A stretch of 64,000 nucleotides of DNA from Thermoleophilia bacterium (GTDB taxonomy: Bacteria; Actinomycetota; Thermoleophilia; Miltoncostaeales; Miltoncostaeaceae). Within the stretch, counting starts at the first letter, position 1. Each line of letters begins with the position of its first letter. The stretch spans positions 1,336-65,335 of the forward strand of contig JADGPF010000026.1 in the NCBI GenBank assembly GCA_017882585.1, in the 5' to 3' direction. A program made the translations under genes and the position numbers. The notes below the pieces were generated by a model. That model made no database searches. It saw nothing but the letters and a program-made list of their open reading frames with translations, and had not been told where the DNA came from. Shown here one piece after another: positions 18,435-27,773 of the stretch.

Positions 18435-18992
18435 TTGCGTCGGATCGTCCGTGACGTGCTCTTGCCGGTGATGGTCGCGATCGTTCTGGCCTTCATCATC
18501 CAGGCGCTCATCGCGAAGCCGTACGAGATTCCGACTGACTCGATGGTGCCGACGATCCAGCCCAACGATCGGGTGATCGCCAATCGGGTCGTCTACCGCT
18601 TCCGATCGATCGAGCGCGGCGACATCATCGTGTTCTCCCCGCCGCCGTCCGCGGTCGCGACGTGTGCGCCCGAGAAGGGGGTCCCGTTCGTCAAGCGCGT
18701 CATCGGCCTTCCTGGCGACGTCGTGACCGTCGAGGACGGCGTGACGCGCGTCAACGGCAAGGTCTACACGGTGCCCGGCGAGGTGACGCCGGAATACAGC
18801 ATGACCTTTCCCGCGGTGCCGAAGGGCGATCTTCTGGTGCTCGGCGACAACCGTCCGAACTCGTGTGATTCGCACCAGTGGGTGAACTCGCCACCGGACC
18901 CGGCCGTCGATCCCTTCGTTCCGCAAAAGAATGTGATCGGCGAGGCAGAGATCATCTACTGGCCGCTGGGGCGCATCAGCTTCCTCAACTAG
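18435..18992 (+). CDS. lepB: Signal peptidase I
   Basis: An N-terminal TM helix is followed by the catalytic Ser box PTDSMVPTI, the Lys box VKRVIGLPGD and the GDNRPNSCDSH box. The start codon is TTG. Confidence 0.9.
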   Translation: MRRIVRDVLLPVMVAIVLAFIIQALIAKPYEIPTDSMVPTIQPNDRVIANRVVYRFRSIERGDIIVFSPPPSAVATCAPEKGVPFVKRVIGLPGDVVTVEDGVTRVNGKVYTVPGEVTPEYSMTFPAVPKGDLLVLGDNRPNSCDSHQWVNSPPDPAVDPFVPQKNVIGEAEIIYWPLGRISFLN

Positions 18993-19145
18993 CGCGCACC
19001 CGGGTCGGCCCGGTCCCACCGAGTCCCCGCGGCACGGCCGAGTATCCGTGCACGTCTTGCGTGCTAATTGCGATAACCGGTGCGCGCGAAACCGTCCAGA
19101 AGGGTGGAAACGGGGGGGCGAGTCGTGGAAGGATCAACCGCCAAC

Positions 19146-19191
19146 ACGCTGAATGTAGTGTGTGCCGCGACCTCGACACCCCACATATAGC
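19146..19191. promoter_or_regulatory. Candidate pair of degenerate NrdR boxes upstream of nrdR-nrdJ
   Basis: acgctgaatgtagtgt (19146-19161) matches about 12 of 16 positions of the acaCwAtATaTwGtgt consensus. acaccccacatatagc (19176-19191) matches about 9 of 16. Their starts are 30 nt apart. This is a weak match by eye. Confidence 0.25.
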
Positions 19192-19200
19192 CCTGAGCCC

Positions 19201-19845
19201 ATGATCTGCCCGTTTTGTGAACATCCGGACCATCGCGTCGTTGAGTCGCGGGTTCCCGACAGCAAGGATGCGATCCGCCGCCGCCGTGAGTGCCTCGGTT
19301 GCGGGCGTCGGTTCACGACCTACGAGCGCGTCGAGGAGACGCCCGTCGTCGTGATCAAGAGCTCCGGCGAGCGCGAATTCTTCGAGCGCGCGAAGCTGTT
19401 GGCCGGCTTGCAGCGGGCCTGCCACAAACGCCCGGTGCCGACCGGGCTGCTGGAAGTCGCGGTCCGCGACATCGAGATCGAGCTGCGCAACCGGCTGCGC
19501 CAGGAGGTCCGCACCTCGCTTATCGGCGACTTGGCACTGCGGCGCCTCAAGGAGATCGACCAGGTCGCCTACGTGCGGTTCGCGTCGGTCTATCGGCAGT
19601 TTGCCGATGTTGAGGAATTCGAAGAAGAGCTCGCACGGCTTGAGCGCGAGCCACTGTTGGCGCGCGGTCAGGTGACCATGGACGAGCACCTGTTTGGCAA
19701 CGTCGACCCGACCAATCGCAGTGGCAGCCGCGTTCGACTGCGCGCGCTGCGCGGCGGCCGGGACGACATCCCGAGTGATGAGACGATTGACACCGTGACG
19801 ACCAACACCACATCGACAACATTGGAGGTTCCCGATGGCGACTGA
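19201..19845 (+). CDS. nrdR: Transcriptional repressor NrdR (zinc ribbon plus ATP-cone) with a long C-terminal tail
   Basis: ATG at 19201. MICPFCEHPDHRVVESRVPDSKDAIRRRRECLGCGRRFTTYERVE is the NrdR zinc ribbon and an ATP-cone follows. The product is 214 aa, which I recall as about 60 aa longer than typical NrdR. Confidence 0.9.
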   Translation: MICPFCEHPDHRVVESRVPDSKDAIRRRRECLGCGRRFTTYERVEETPVVVIKSSGEREFFERAKLLAGLQRACHKRPVPTGLLEVAVRDIEIELRNRLRQEVRTSLIGDLALRRLKEIDQVAYVRFASVYRQFADVEEFEEELARLEREPLLARGQVTMDEHLFGNVDPTNRSGSRVRLRALRGGRDDIPSDETIDTVTTNTTSTTLEVPDGD

Positions 19846-22624
19846 GGCGCTCGACCAGCGTGCCGCCGCCGAGCGCCCACCGGGCGCGCGACTGGGCATC
19901 CGGCGCTACTTCACCACTCCGGGCGTGCACCCGTACGACGAGGTGACCTGGGAGCGCCGAAGCGCGTCCATCACCGGCGAAGGCGGCCAGAGCTTCTTCG
20001 ATCAGGACGATGTCGAGGTACCGAAGGTCTGGAGCCAGCTGGCCACCAATGTCGTGGCGTCCAAGTACTTTCGCGGCGCCATAGGCTCGCCGGAGCGCGA
20101 GATGAGCGTCCGGCAGATCATCGACCGAGTGGTCCGCACCCTGCGTTCCTGGGGCGAGGAAGAGGGCTACTTTGCCGACACCGCCGAGGCCGACAGCTTC
20201 GAGGCCGAGCTCATGCATCTGCTGGTCCAGCAAAAGATGGCGTTCAACTCCCCGGTGTGGTTCAACGTCGGCACGCGTGAGCACCCCCAGTGTTCGGCGT
20301 GTTTCATCCTGTCGGTCCAGGACCAGATGGAATCCATCCTGTCGTGGATCAGCAAGGAGGGAATGATCTTCAAGGGTGGATCGGGGTCGGGGTTAAACCT
20401 CTCCAACGTCCGCTCGAGCAAGGAGCTGCTGTCCGGCGGCGGGACCGCCTCCGGACCGGTGTCGTTCATGCGCGGAGCGGACGCGTGCGCGGGCGCCATC
20501 AAGAGCGGGGGTACCACACGCCGCGCGGCCAAGATGGTAGTGCTCAACTGCGACCACCCCGACATCCACGAGTTCGTCAACTGCAAGGCCGGAGAAGAAA
20601 AGAAGGCATGGGCCCTCGGTGAGATGGGCTACGACATGAGCATGAACGGCGAGGCCTGGCAATCGATCCAGTTCCAGAACGCCAACAACTCGGTGCGGGT
20701 GACCGACGAGTTCATGTTTGCCTCCGAGGCCAATGGCGACTGGCACCTGCGGGCGGTCACGACCGGCGAGACCCTCGAGAACGTGAAGGCCCGCGACCTG
20801 CTGCGCGAAATCTCTGAGGCCACCTGGCTGTGCGGCGACCCGGGGATGCAGTACGACACGACGATCAACCGCTGGCACACCTGCCCCAACACCGGCCGGA
20901 TCAACGCGTCAAACCCGTGCTCGGAGTACATGCACATCGACGACTCGGCGTGCAATCTCGCCTCGTTGAACCTCATGAAGTTCGTCGGTGACGACGGCAC
21001 GTTCCTGGTCGACGACTTCCGGCAGGCCGTAGACGTGACCATCGGTGCGATGGACATCATTGTCGCGCGCTCCGGCTACCCGACCGAGGAGATCGGCCGC
21101 AACGCACGCGACTTCCGGCAGCTCGGGCTGGGCTACGCCAACCTCGGCGCCCTCGTGATGAGCCGGGGGTTGCCGTACGACTCGGACGGCGGCCGCGCCT
21201 ATGCCGCCGCGATCACGGCGCTGATGACCGGCCGTGCGTACGAGCAGTCAACGCACTTGGCCGAACGGATGGGTCCGTTCGCCGGATACGCGGACAATGC
21301 GGCCCCGATGCAGGGCGTCATCCGGATGCACCAGCGCGCGGTCGAAGACATCAACCCGATGCTGGTCGCCGACCCCGGTCTGTTGGATGCGGCCCGTGAG
21401 GCGTGGGCATCCGCGGCCGATCGTGGCGCAGTTCACGGCTTCCGGAACGCACAGGCGTCGGTATTGGCGCCGACCGGCACAATCGGGTTCATGATGGACT
21501 GCGACACCACCGGGGTCGAGCCGGACATTGCACTTGTCAAGTACAAGAAGCTTGTCGGCGGCGGCGTGATGAAGATCGTCAACAACACGGTCCCGGCCGC
21601 ACTGACCCGCCTTGGATACGGCGATGACGAGGTCGAGGCCATCGTCGCGTTCATCGATGAGCACGAGACCATCGAGGGCGCCCCGGGCCTCCGGGACGAG
21701 CACCTGGCCGTGTTCGATTGCGCGTTCACCCCGATCAACGGCACGCGGTCCATTCATTACCGCGGCCACATCCTGATGATGGGCGCGGTGCAGCCGTTCA
21801 TCTCGGGGGCGATCTCCAAGACCGTGAACATGCCCACCGAGGCGACGCCCGAGGAGATCATGAGCGCCTACATCCTCGCCTGGAAGAACGGGGTCAAGGC
21901 GCTGGCGATCTACCGTGACGGCTCCAAGCGCACCCAGCCGCTGTCGACGGGCAAGTCCGAGACGTCCCAGTCCACGGTGGCGAGCGCGCATCCCACGCGC
22001 CGGCGCCTGCCCGACACACGCGAAGCGACGACCCATCACTTCTCGATCGCCGGCCATGACGGCTACATCACCGTCGGCAAGTACGAGGACGGCAGCCCCG
22101 GCGAGGTCTTCATGAAGATGGCCAAGCAGGGCTCGACCGTCTCGGGTCTCATGGATTCCTTGGCGATCTGCATGTCGATCGCACTTCAGCACGGCGTGCC
22201 GCTCGAGATCATGGCCGACAAGTTGTCGCACATGCGTTTCGACCCCTCCGGGTTCACGGCGAACCCGGAGATTCCGATGGCCAAGTCGATCGTCGACTAC
22301 GTGGTGCGCTGGCTGTCGTCGCAGTTCCTTACCGAAGAGGAAAAGCGCGAGGTCGGGATCATCACGCAGGACATGCGGGACGAGGCCCGCGCCGAGCTCG
22401 AGGATGGCGACGACAACGAGCAGGGTGGCCAGGTCATCGAGCTGCCGGTTGCGACCGGCGGCGGGCAGGGTCAGACCGCGCTCGCATTGCCCCCGAACCG
22501 CGGCGGCAAGTACACGTTCCGTCAGGACGACGGGGTGATCTGCGGAAGTTGCGGGTGGACGATGATCCGGTCCGGCACGTGCTACAAGTGCGAGAACTGC
22601 GGGAGCACGTCCGGCTGCTCCTGA
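19835..22624 (+). CDS. nrdJ: Adenosylcobalamin-dependent ribonucleoside-diphosphate reductase (class II)
   Basis: 929 aa. Segments such as FNSPVWFNVG, SACFI, GGSGSGLNLSNVRS, NPCSEYMHIDDSACNLASLNL and the C-terminal Cys-rich tail CGSCGWTMIRSGTCYKCENCGSTSGCS fit class II RNR. The ATG at 19835 overlaps the nrdR 3' end by 11 nt. Confidence 0.95.
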   Translation: MATEALDQRAAAERPPGARLGIRRYFTTPGVHPYDEVTWERRSASITGEGGQSFFDQDDVEVPKVWSQLATNVVASKYFRGAIGSPEREMSVRQIIDRVVRTLRSWGEEEGYFADTAEADSFEAELMHLLVQQKMAFNSPVWFNVGTREHPQCSACFILSVQDQMESILSWISKEGMIFKGGSGSGLNLSNVRSSKELLSGGGTASGPVSFMRGADACAGAIKSGGTTRRAAKMVVLNCDHPDIHEFVNCKAGEEKKAWALGEMGYDMSMNGEAWQSIQFQNANNSVRVTDEFMFASEANGDWHLRAVTTGETLENVKARDLLREISEATWLCGDPGMQYDTTINRWHTCPNTGRINASNPCSEYMHIDDSACNLASLNLMKFVGDDGTFLVDDFRQAVDVTIGAMDIIVARSGYPTEEIGRNARDFRQLGLGYANLGALVMSRGLPYDSDGGRAYAAAITALMTGRAYEQSTHLAERMGPFAGYADNAAPMQGVIRMHQRAVEDINPMLVADPGLLDAAREAWASAADRGAVHGFRNAQASVLAPTGTIGFMMDCDTTGVEPDIALVKYKKLVGGGVMKIVNNTVPAALTRLGYGDDEVEAIVAFIDEHETIEGAPGLRDEHLAVFDCAFTPINGTRSIHYRGHILMMGAVQPFISGAISKTVNMPTEATPEEIMSAYILAWKNGVKALAIYRDGSKRTQPLSTGKSETSQSTVASAHPTRRRLPDTREATTHHFSIAGHDGYITVGKYEDGSPGEVFMKMAKQGSTVSGLMDSLAICMSIALQHGVPLEIMADKLSHMRFDPSGFTANPEIPMAKSIVDYVVRWLSSQFLTEEEKREVGIITQDMRDEARAELEDGDDNEQGGQVIELPVATGGGQGQTALALPPNRGGKYTFRQDDGVICGSCGWTMIRSGTCYKCENCGSTSGCS

Positions 22625-22729
22625 GGGCGTGTCGGCGGTCGTGATCACGCAGGGGGAGGGCGGCGCAGCCGTCCTTCGCCCGCGGCGGCGATGTTGACGG
22701 TGCCGCAGGGCCCCGTCGCCGATTCTGGG

Positions 22730-23383
22730 CTAGCTGGCCACCTCATCGAGCGAGGTGAGCTCGACATCGACGTCTGTGCCGCTCTCGAGCTCGGCGTGCA
22801 GCGACTCCGGGCGGCGGATGCGGACGGTGGACCAGTCCCGTGCCTTCGGGCCCGCGAAGTCCTTGGTGGGATTGTCGGCGACATAGGTGAATTGGTCGCC
22901 GGCCAAACCGGCCCGCACCTCGTGAAGCGAGAATCCGAGCTGATGCGGCTTGCCGAACCCGCGTCCGAGTTCGGCGGTGTAGACGATCAACTCCGCCCAC
23001 ACCGGAGCTCGAAGGGCGTGCGCCTTGGCGCGCTGGCTCTCGGGCGGGCCGTCGGTCACCACTCCCAGATACCGGCCGTCGAGACGGCCGATCAGGCGCT
23101 CCGCGTCCGGCAACAGGTCGATGGCGGGCGCGTGGTGCCGGTAGACGTGCCGGAGTTCGCTGACGAGTTCATCCGTCGGGTCGATGCCAAGTTCATCGAG
23201 CGTCTGATTGAAGGTCGTGCCGCGAACCCCCCGTTCGAATAGGCCCATCGCTGTCGTCGCGAAATCGGTGGGTCCGAAGCGAGCGGCGATGTGTGCGCCG
23301 ACCGCGCTGAACCCGCTGCGCACATAGTCGCGCTCGAGGAACAGTGTGTCGTCGAGATCGAGAATCACGCAGCGGCCCAACAC
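22730..23383 (-). CDS. HAD-superfamily hydrolase/phosphatase
   Basis: Motif I VILDLDDTLF is present, with later VVTDGP and ADNPTKDF segments matching HAD motifs II-IV. Confidence 0.8.
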   Translation of the reverse strand: MLGRCVILDLDDTLFLERDYVRSGFSAVGAHIAARFGPTDFATTAMGLFERGVRGTTFNQTLDELGIDPTDELVSELRHVYRHHAPAIDLLPDAERLIGRLDGRYLGVVTDGPPESQRAKAHALRAPVWAELIVYTAELGRGFGKPHQLGFSLHEVRAGLAGDQFTYVADNPTKDFAGPKARDWSTVRIRRPESLHAELESGTDVDVELTSLDEVAS

Positions 23384-24400
23384 CTAGATCACACCAGGTC
23401 CAAGCGCCTCGCGCGTGGTGAACACCGCCTCATCGAAACGCAGCATCACCAGGCCGTCCTGGAACGTTCCCTCGCCGACGCTCGAGGGCAGTCCGGCCAG
23501 GTCCTCGATGATCCAGCGGGGCACCCAGGCCCCGGCCGCGTCGCTCAAGGGGAAGCCGCCGCCGAACCGGGCGTTGAGCTCGATGATCGTCAGCCGGTCG
23601 GTGGCCGGATCGACAAAGCACTGGAAGTTCAGGGCGCCATATGCGTCCTCGAGCGACGCCGCGACACGTCCGGCAAGCTCGATCAGCCCGTCGTGCCGCA
23701 CCGTCAGGCCCTTGCTGACCTCGCCGCCTCGCGTCTCCAGCCGCCGCCGCGGCACCGCGGTGACTAGGGCACCGGAGCGGTCGACGTAGATGTCGACGGT
23801 GTGCTCCCGGCCCGGTGCGATCGCTTCAACGACGAAATCCTGCTCGCGCAACGGTGCCAGCACGTCCGGCGAGGGGACGACCTGAACGCCCACGGACGAA
23901 CTGCCGCAGCGCGGCTTTGCGATTAGCGGGTAGGCGGACGGGTCGTGGGGCGCATCGGCGACGGCCCACTGTGCGACGGTCGGCAGGCCTGCATCGACGA
24001 GCCAGCGATGTGTGCGCGACTTGTCCTGGGCAATCGCGATGGTGTGCGGCCCCGAGATCGCGATCGTCGTGCCGACCGCGGCAAACTGATCACGCACTGC
24101 GGCCAACACTGGCAGCTCGGTGTCAATCGTCGGAATCACGAGATGGATCGCGTTGGCGATGCACGCGTCGAGCAATTCGGGCACGAATGCCGGGTCCGTG
24201 CAGCGCGGCACCCGGATCCGCGTGTCGGCCTCGACCCACGCTGCCGAGAGTGGGCTGGCATCGCTTGCCGCAACCTGTCCCGAAAGCCCAAGGTCGGCAA
24301 GGGCGGCGCGAAAGAGCCGCGCCAGCACGACGCGACGGCCTGCCGAGCTGATCAGGACATTGAACGGGCGTCCGTGCGGATCGTGTGCTGGGCGCGTCAC
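23384..24400 (-). CDS. ATP-grasp domain protein (carbamoyl-phosphate-synthase-L-like / capsule-type ligase)
   Basis: VLISSAGRRVVL, IAKPRCGSSSVGV and IIELNARFGGGFP are typical ATP-grasp segments. The stop codon (23384-23386) abuts the HAD start codon (23383-23381). Confidence 0.8.
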   Translation of the reverse strand: MTRPAHDPHGRPFNVLISSAGRRVVLARLFRAALADLGLSGQVAASDASPLSAAWVEADTRIRVPRCTDPAFVPELLDACIANAIHLVIPTIDTELPVLAAVRDQFAAVGTTIAISGPHTIAIAQDKSRTHRWLVDAGLPTVAQWAVADAPHDPSAYPLIAKPRCGSSSVGVQVVPSPDVLAPLREQDFVVEAIAPGREHTVDIYVDRSGALVTAVPRRRLETRGGEVSKGLTVRHDGLIELAGRVAASLEDAYGALNFQCFVDPATDRLTIIELNARFGGGFPLSDAAGAWVPRWIIEDLAGLPSSVGEGTFQDGLVMLRFDEAVFTTREALGPGVI

Positions 24401-24979
24401 CGGCTGCAGTCTAGTTCAGCGCCGCCACTGGGATCCCCAGGGAGCTCGAGTGACCTGGGGCCCTCATGCACACCAGCCGGCCCTAAGGAGGGCGGCATCC
24501 GATCCTGGGGACTTCCTCGAATTGGGAGGACAGGATGCGGCCCGTGAGGAACAGCGCGATGACTGCGAGCACGGCGCGGACGGTGTCGAGCCCGAACGCC
24601 TTCCGATCTGGTGCCGGCCATTGGATCGCGCCGCGCGACCGTCATGACCCTCAGCTTGCCGCGATCGCCCCGTGCCGCTGCTGTCCTGCGATGTCGGGCA
24701 CCTCCGGTTGCGAGTCCGGGCTTTCCTGGAATGCACAGATCGGCCGGTCCGCCCCGGCGGACGCCAACCGGAACGGACTCGAGACCGGCGCCGTTCGGGT
24801 AGCGGCCGTCGGCCACCGACTCACGTCCGCGGCCTATTTCTCGTCGATCGCCGCGTACCACGGTCGCCAGGTCCCGTCCACGTGATCGATGGTCGGTCGC
24901 GATGCGCGGCTCAAGGAGGTGCAGCTCGGACCGGTGGCGGGTCGCGGCTGTCCGTCGTGCGTCAATTAAACTCGCCGCG

Positions 24980-26611
24980 ATGAGCCGTTCCTCGAACACC
25001 GCCACTGGTGCCGCCGGAATGGTCCTGCTGACCCTGGCCGGCGGGCAGTTTGTCATGGCCCTTGACACGACCGTCATGAACACGGCCATCGCAACGGTCG
25101 CCAAGGACGTCGGGACCACAGTCACCGGGATCCAGACGGCGATCACGCTCTACACGCTGGTGATGGCCTCCTTCATGATCACCGGCGGCAAGGTCGGCGA
25201 GATCATCGGACGCAAGCGCGCGTTCTCGATCGGCTGTGTCATCTACGCCTGCGGGTCGCTGACGACGTCCTTGGCCCCGAACCTGACCGTACTGATCATC
25301 GGCTGGTCGTTCCTCGAGGGCTTCGGGGCGGTGCTGATCATGCCCGCGATCGTTGCGCTCGTCGCATCGAACTTTGGCAAGCCCGAGCGGCCGCGCGCGT
25401 ACGGGCTCGTCGCCTCCGCGGGGGCAATCGCCGCCGCCCTCGGTCCGCTGATCGGTGGGCTGTTCACGACCTACGCGTCATGGCGGTGGGTCTTCGCCGG
25501 CGAGGTGCTGATCGTGCTGGTGATTCTGCTGCTGGCACGCCGGGTCGCCGACACACCCGTCGAGGAAGGCGTGCGACTCGACTTGGTCGGCACCGTGCTG
25601 TCGGCGCTCGGCTTGGGGCTCGTCGTCCTCGGCATCCTCCGCTCCGGGACGTGGGGTTTCGTCCGGCCCAACCCTGGCGCACCGGTCTGGCTCGGGCTGT
25701 CGCCGGCGATCTGGCTGATCATCGCCGGCGGTGTCGTCCTCGGGGTGTTCGTGTGGTGGGAGAACCGCAGGCTCGAACGCCGGGAGGGCGCGCTCATCGA
25801 CCCGAGGCTGCTGCGCAACGTCCAGTTGCGCGCGGGGGTTCTCTCATTCCTGTTCATGTTCCTCGTCCAGGCCGGCCTGTTCTTCGTCGTCCCGCTGTTC
25901 CTGTCCATTGCGCTCGGACTGTCGGCGATCGAGACGGGCGTGCGGCTGCTGCCCCTCTCGCTCACGTTGCTGGCCTTCGCCGTCGGCGTCCCCAAACTTC
26001 GCCCCAATGCCTCACCACGGCGCGTGATCAACCTCGGCTTCATGGCGTTGTTCGCGGGCCTCGTGCTGCTGGTTGCCCTGCTCGACTCCGGGGCAGGCCC
26101 GGAGATTGTGACCTGGCCACTGCTGCTTGCCGGTTCCGGCCTGGGCATGATGGCCTCACAGCTCGGCAGCGTCACGGTGTCCGCCGTTCCGGACGAGCAA
26201 AGCGGCGAGGTCGGCGGACTGCAAAACACTGGCACCCAGCTCGGCGCCTCGATCGGCACCGCGCTGGCCGGTGCGGTGCTCATCTCCGCGCTGACCGCGT
26301 CGTTCTTTACTGGCATCCAGGGCAACCCGAACGTGCCCGCAAGCGTCGCCGCCACGGCGCAGACGGAGCTCGCGAGCGGTGTCCCGTTTCTGTCCGATGC
26401 CGACCTGAAGGCGGCGTTGGCAACTGCACACGTGCCCCAGGCCACCGCCAACGCGGTCGTCGATGCAAACGCCACCGCTCGGATCGACGGGCTACGCGCC
26501 GCCGTGTCGATCCTGGCGCTGTTCAGCCTCGTCGCGTTGCTGTTTACGCGCGGGATCCCGACGGTGCAACCCGGCGCGTCGGCTGGACCGAGGTCTCCTC
26601 CGGCCGACTGA
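24980..26611 (+). CDS. MFS transporter, 14-TMS DHA2 (EmrB/QacA-like) drug:H+ antiporter family
   Basis: ATG at 24980. LTLAGGQFVMALDTTVMNTAIATV and GKVGEIIGRKRAF (motif A-like) are present, with many hydrophobic spans over about 540 aa. Confidence 0.9.
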   Translation: MSRSSNTATGAAGMVLLTLAGGQFVMALDTTVMNTAIATVAKDVGTTVTGIQTAITLYTLVMASFMITGGKVGEIIGRKRAFSIGCVIYACGSLTTSLAPNLTVLIIGWSFLEGFGAVLIMPAIVALVASNFGKPERPRAYGLVASAGAIAAALGPLIGGLFTTYASWRWVFAGEVLIVLVILLLARRVADTPVEEGVRLDLVGTVLSALGLGLVVLGILRSGTWGFVRPNPGAPVWLGLSPAIWLIIAGGVVLGVFVWWENRRLERREGALIDPRLLRNVQLRAGVLSFLFMFLVQAGLFFVVPLFLSIALGLSAIETGVRLLPLSLTLLAFAVGVPKLRPNASPRRVINLGFMALFAGLVLLVALLDSGAGPEIVTWPLLLAGSGLGMMASQLGSVTVSAVPDEQSGEVGGLQNTGTQLGASIGTALAGAVLISALTASFFTGIQGNPNVPASVAATAQTELASGVPFLSDADLKAALATAHVPQATANAVVDANATARIDGLRAAVSILALFSLVALLFTRGIPTVQPGASAGPRSPPAD

Positions 26612-26981
26612 CGAGCGACCGGGACGCCATACGTCCGGTGCCGCCTGGGGGTCGATGCGCGGTTGGATCGACGGGTGCATCGCAACCGCGATCGCCGATC
26701 GTGTCATCCGCCATCCTACGGTGACGGCCTTCCCCGATCGGTGTGGTGCATGCCGTCCGCTTGGGGTGTCGGAATCCACCGCTTCCTGGCCGTGCGTGTC
26801 CGCAACGGGGTCGTGAGGTGGGAGGCGGTCGGACGCGTCGCGTCCGCACGCGCTGCCGCACTCGTGGCAGCAATCCGACGGTCCACGTTCGAGCGCTGAC
26901 CGGTTCCACGACCGGTCGGCATGACGGGGATTGCGGTTCCGGCTACCCTTTGTATCGTGAACCGTCAATCGTGAGGGGAAC

Positions 26982-27674
26982 ATGAGCAGTCGACCACCGT
27001 TGGACGAGCAGGCCTGGGGCGCTCCTGGAGCACCGGCGACCCCGGTCGGCGCTGTCGATACCCGCGCGATCTTCGCGCAGACGATGTTCCTGGTCGCGGT
27101 CACCGCGATCTTCGCCGCCGCGGGCGCCTACATCGCCCGTGATGCGACCGGAGGCGTCGCGATCCTTGCCTTTATTGGTGCGTTCGGGGTCATGCTCGGC
27201 ATGAGCTTCGCGCGCAAGGCGCACAACGGCTCGCTGGGAATGGGACTGCTGTTCGGCTTCGGCCTGCTGTTGGGCGTCGCCATCGGACCGACCCTGACGG
27301 CCTACGCCCATCAGCCCAACGGCGCGACGATCCTCTGGCAGGCAGCGGGCCTGACCGGGTTGTTCATCGCCGGCTTCGGTGCCGCCGGGTACGCGACCAA
27401 ACGCGATCTGGCGCCATTGATGCGGATCGCGTTCTTCGCCCTGCTGGCGCTGATCGTCGTCGGGTTCGTCTTGATTTTCGTGTCGATCCCGGGAGCAAAC
27501 CTGGCCTGGTCGATCATCGGCCTGGCAATCTTCTCGGTGTTCACCATGTACGACTTCCAGCGGATCCGACGTTCGGGTGAAGGTGACGTGATTATGCTCT
27601 CGATGAGCATCTTCCTGGACATCTTCAATGTGTTCCTGCTGATGCTGAGCCTGCTCGGCGGCGGCCGCCGCTAG
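26982..27674 (+). CDS. Bax-inhibitor-1/YccA-family membrane protein
   Basis: The profile suggests seven TM helices. The C-terminal SIFLDIFNVFLLMLSLLGGGRR is typical of the BI-1/YccA family. Confidence 0.85.
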   Translation: MSSRPPLDEQAWGAPGAPATPVGAVDTRAIFAQTMFLVAVTAIFAAAGAYIARDATGGVAILAFIGAFGVMLGMSFARKAHNGSLGMGLLFGFGLLLGVAIGPTLTAYAHQPNGATILWQAAGLTGLFIAGFGAAGYATKRDLAPLMRIAFFALLALIVVGFVLIFVSIPGANLAWSIIGLAIFSVFTMYDFQRIRRSGEGDVIMLSMSIFLDIFNVFLLMLSLLGGGRR

Positions 27675-27686
27675 CCACCCGCTTCA

Positions 27687-27714
27687 ACCGTCGGCCCCGG
27701 ATGGGGCCGACGGT
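27687..27714 (+). terminator. Perfect 12-bp GC hairpin directly after the BI-1 gene
   Basis: accgtcggcccc-ggat-ggggccgacggt, read directly, 13 nt after the stop at 27674. No U-tract follows. Confidence 0.45.
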
Positions 27715-27773
27715 CCCGAGTTCGAATCCGGGCGGCATGGGCTGCGCCCGATCTGCCATCCTCGGAGCCGCAG

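Noticed and set aside
24834-24968. 45-codon minus-strand ORF (TTG start) ending ...PTIDHVDGTWRPWYAAIDEK.
   Set aside because: It is too short and has no motif. Its start would sit 12 nt from the divergent MFS start, and there is no ribosome-binding site. I kept it only as a note inside the intergenic finding.
27715-27735. tRNA-like T-arm sequence gagttcgaatccgggc just after the hairpin at 27687-27714.
   Set aside because: Only a 4-bp stem around a 10-nt loop can form, and no acceptor, D or anticodon arms can be drawn in the flanking sequence. It looks like a chance resemblance.
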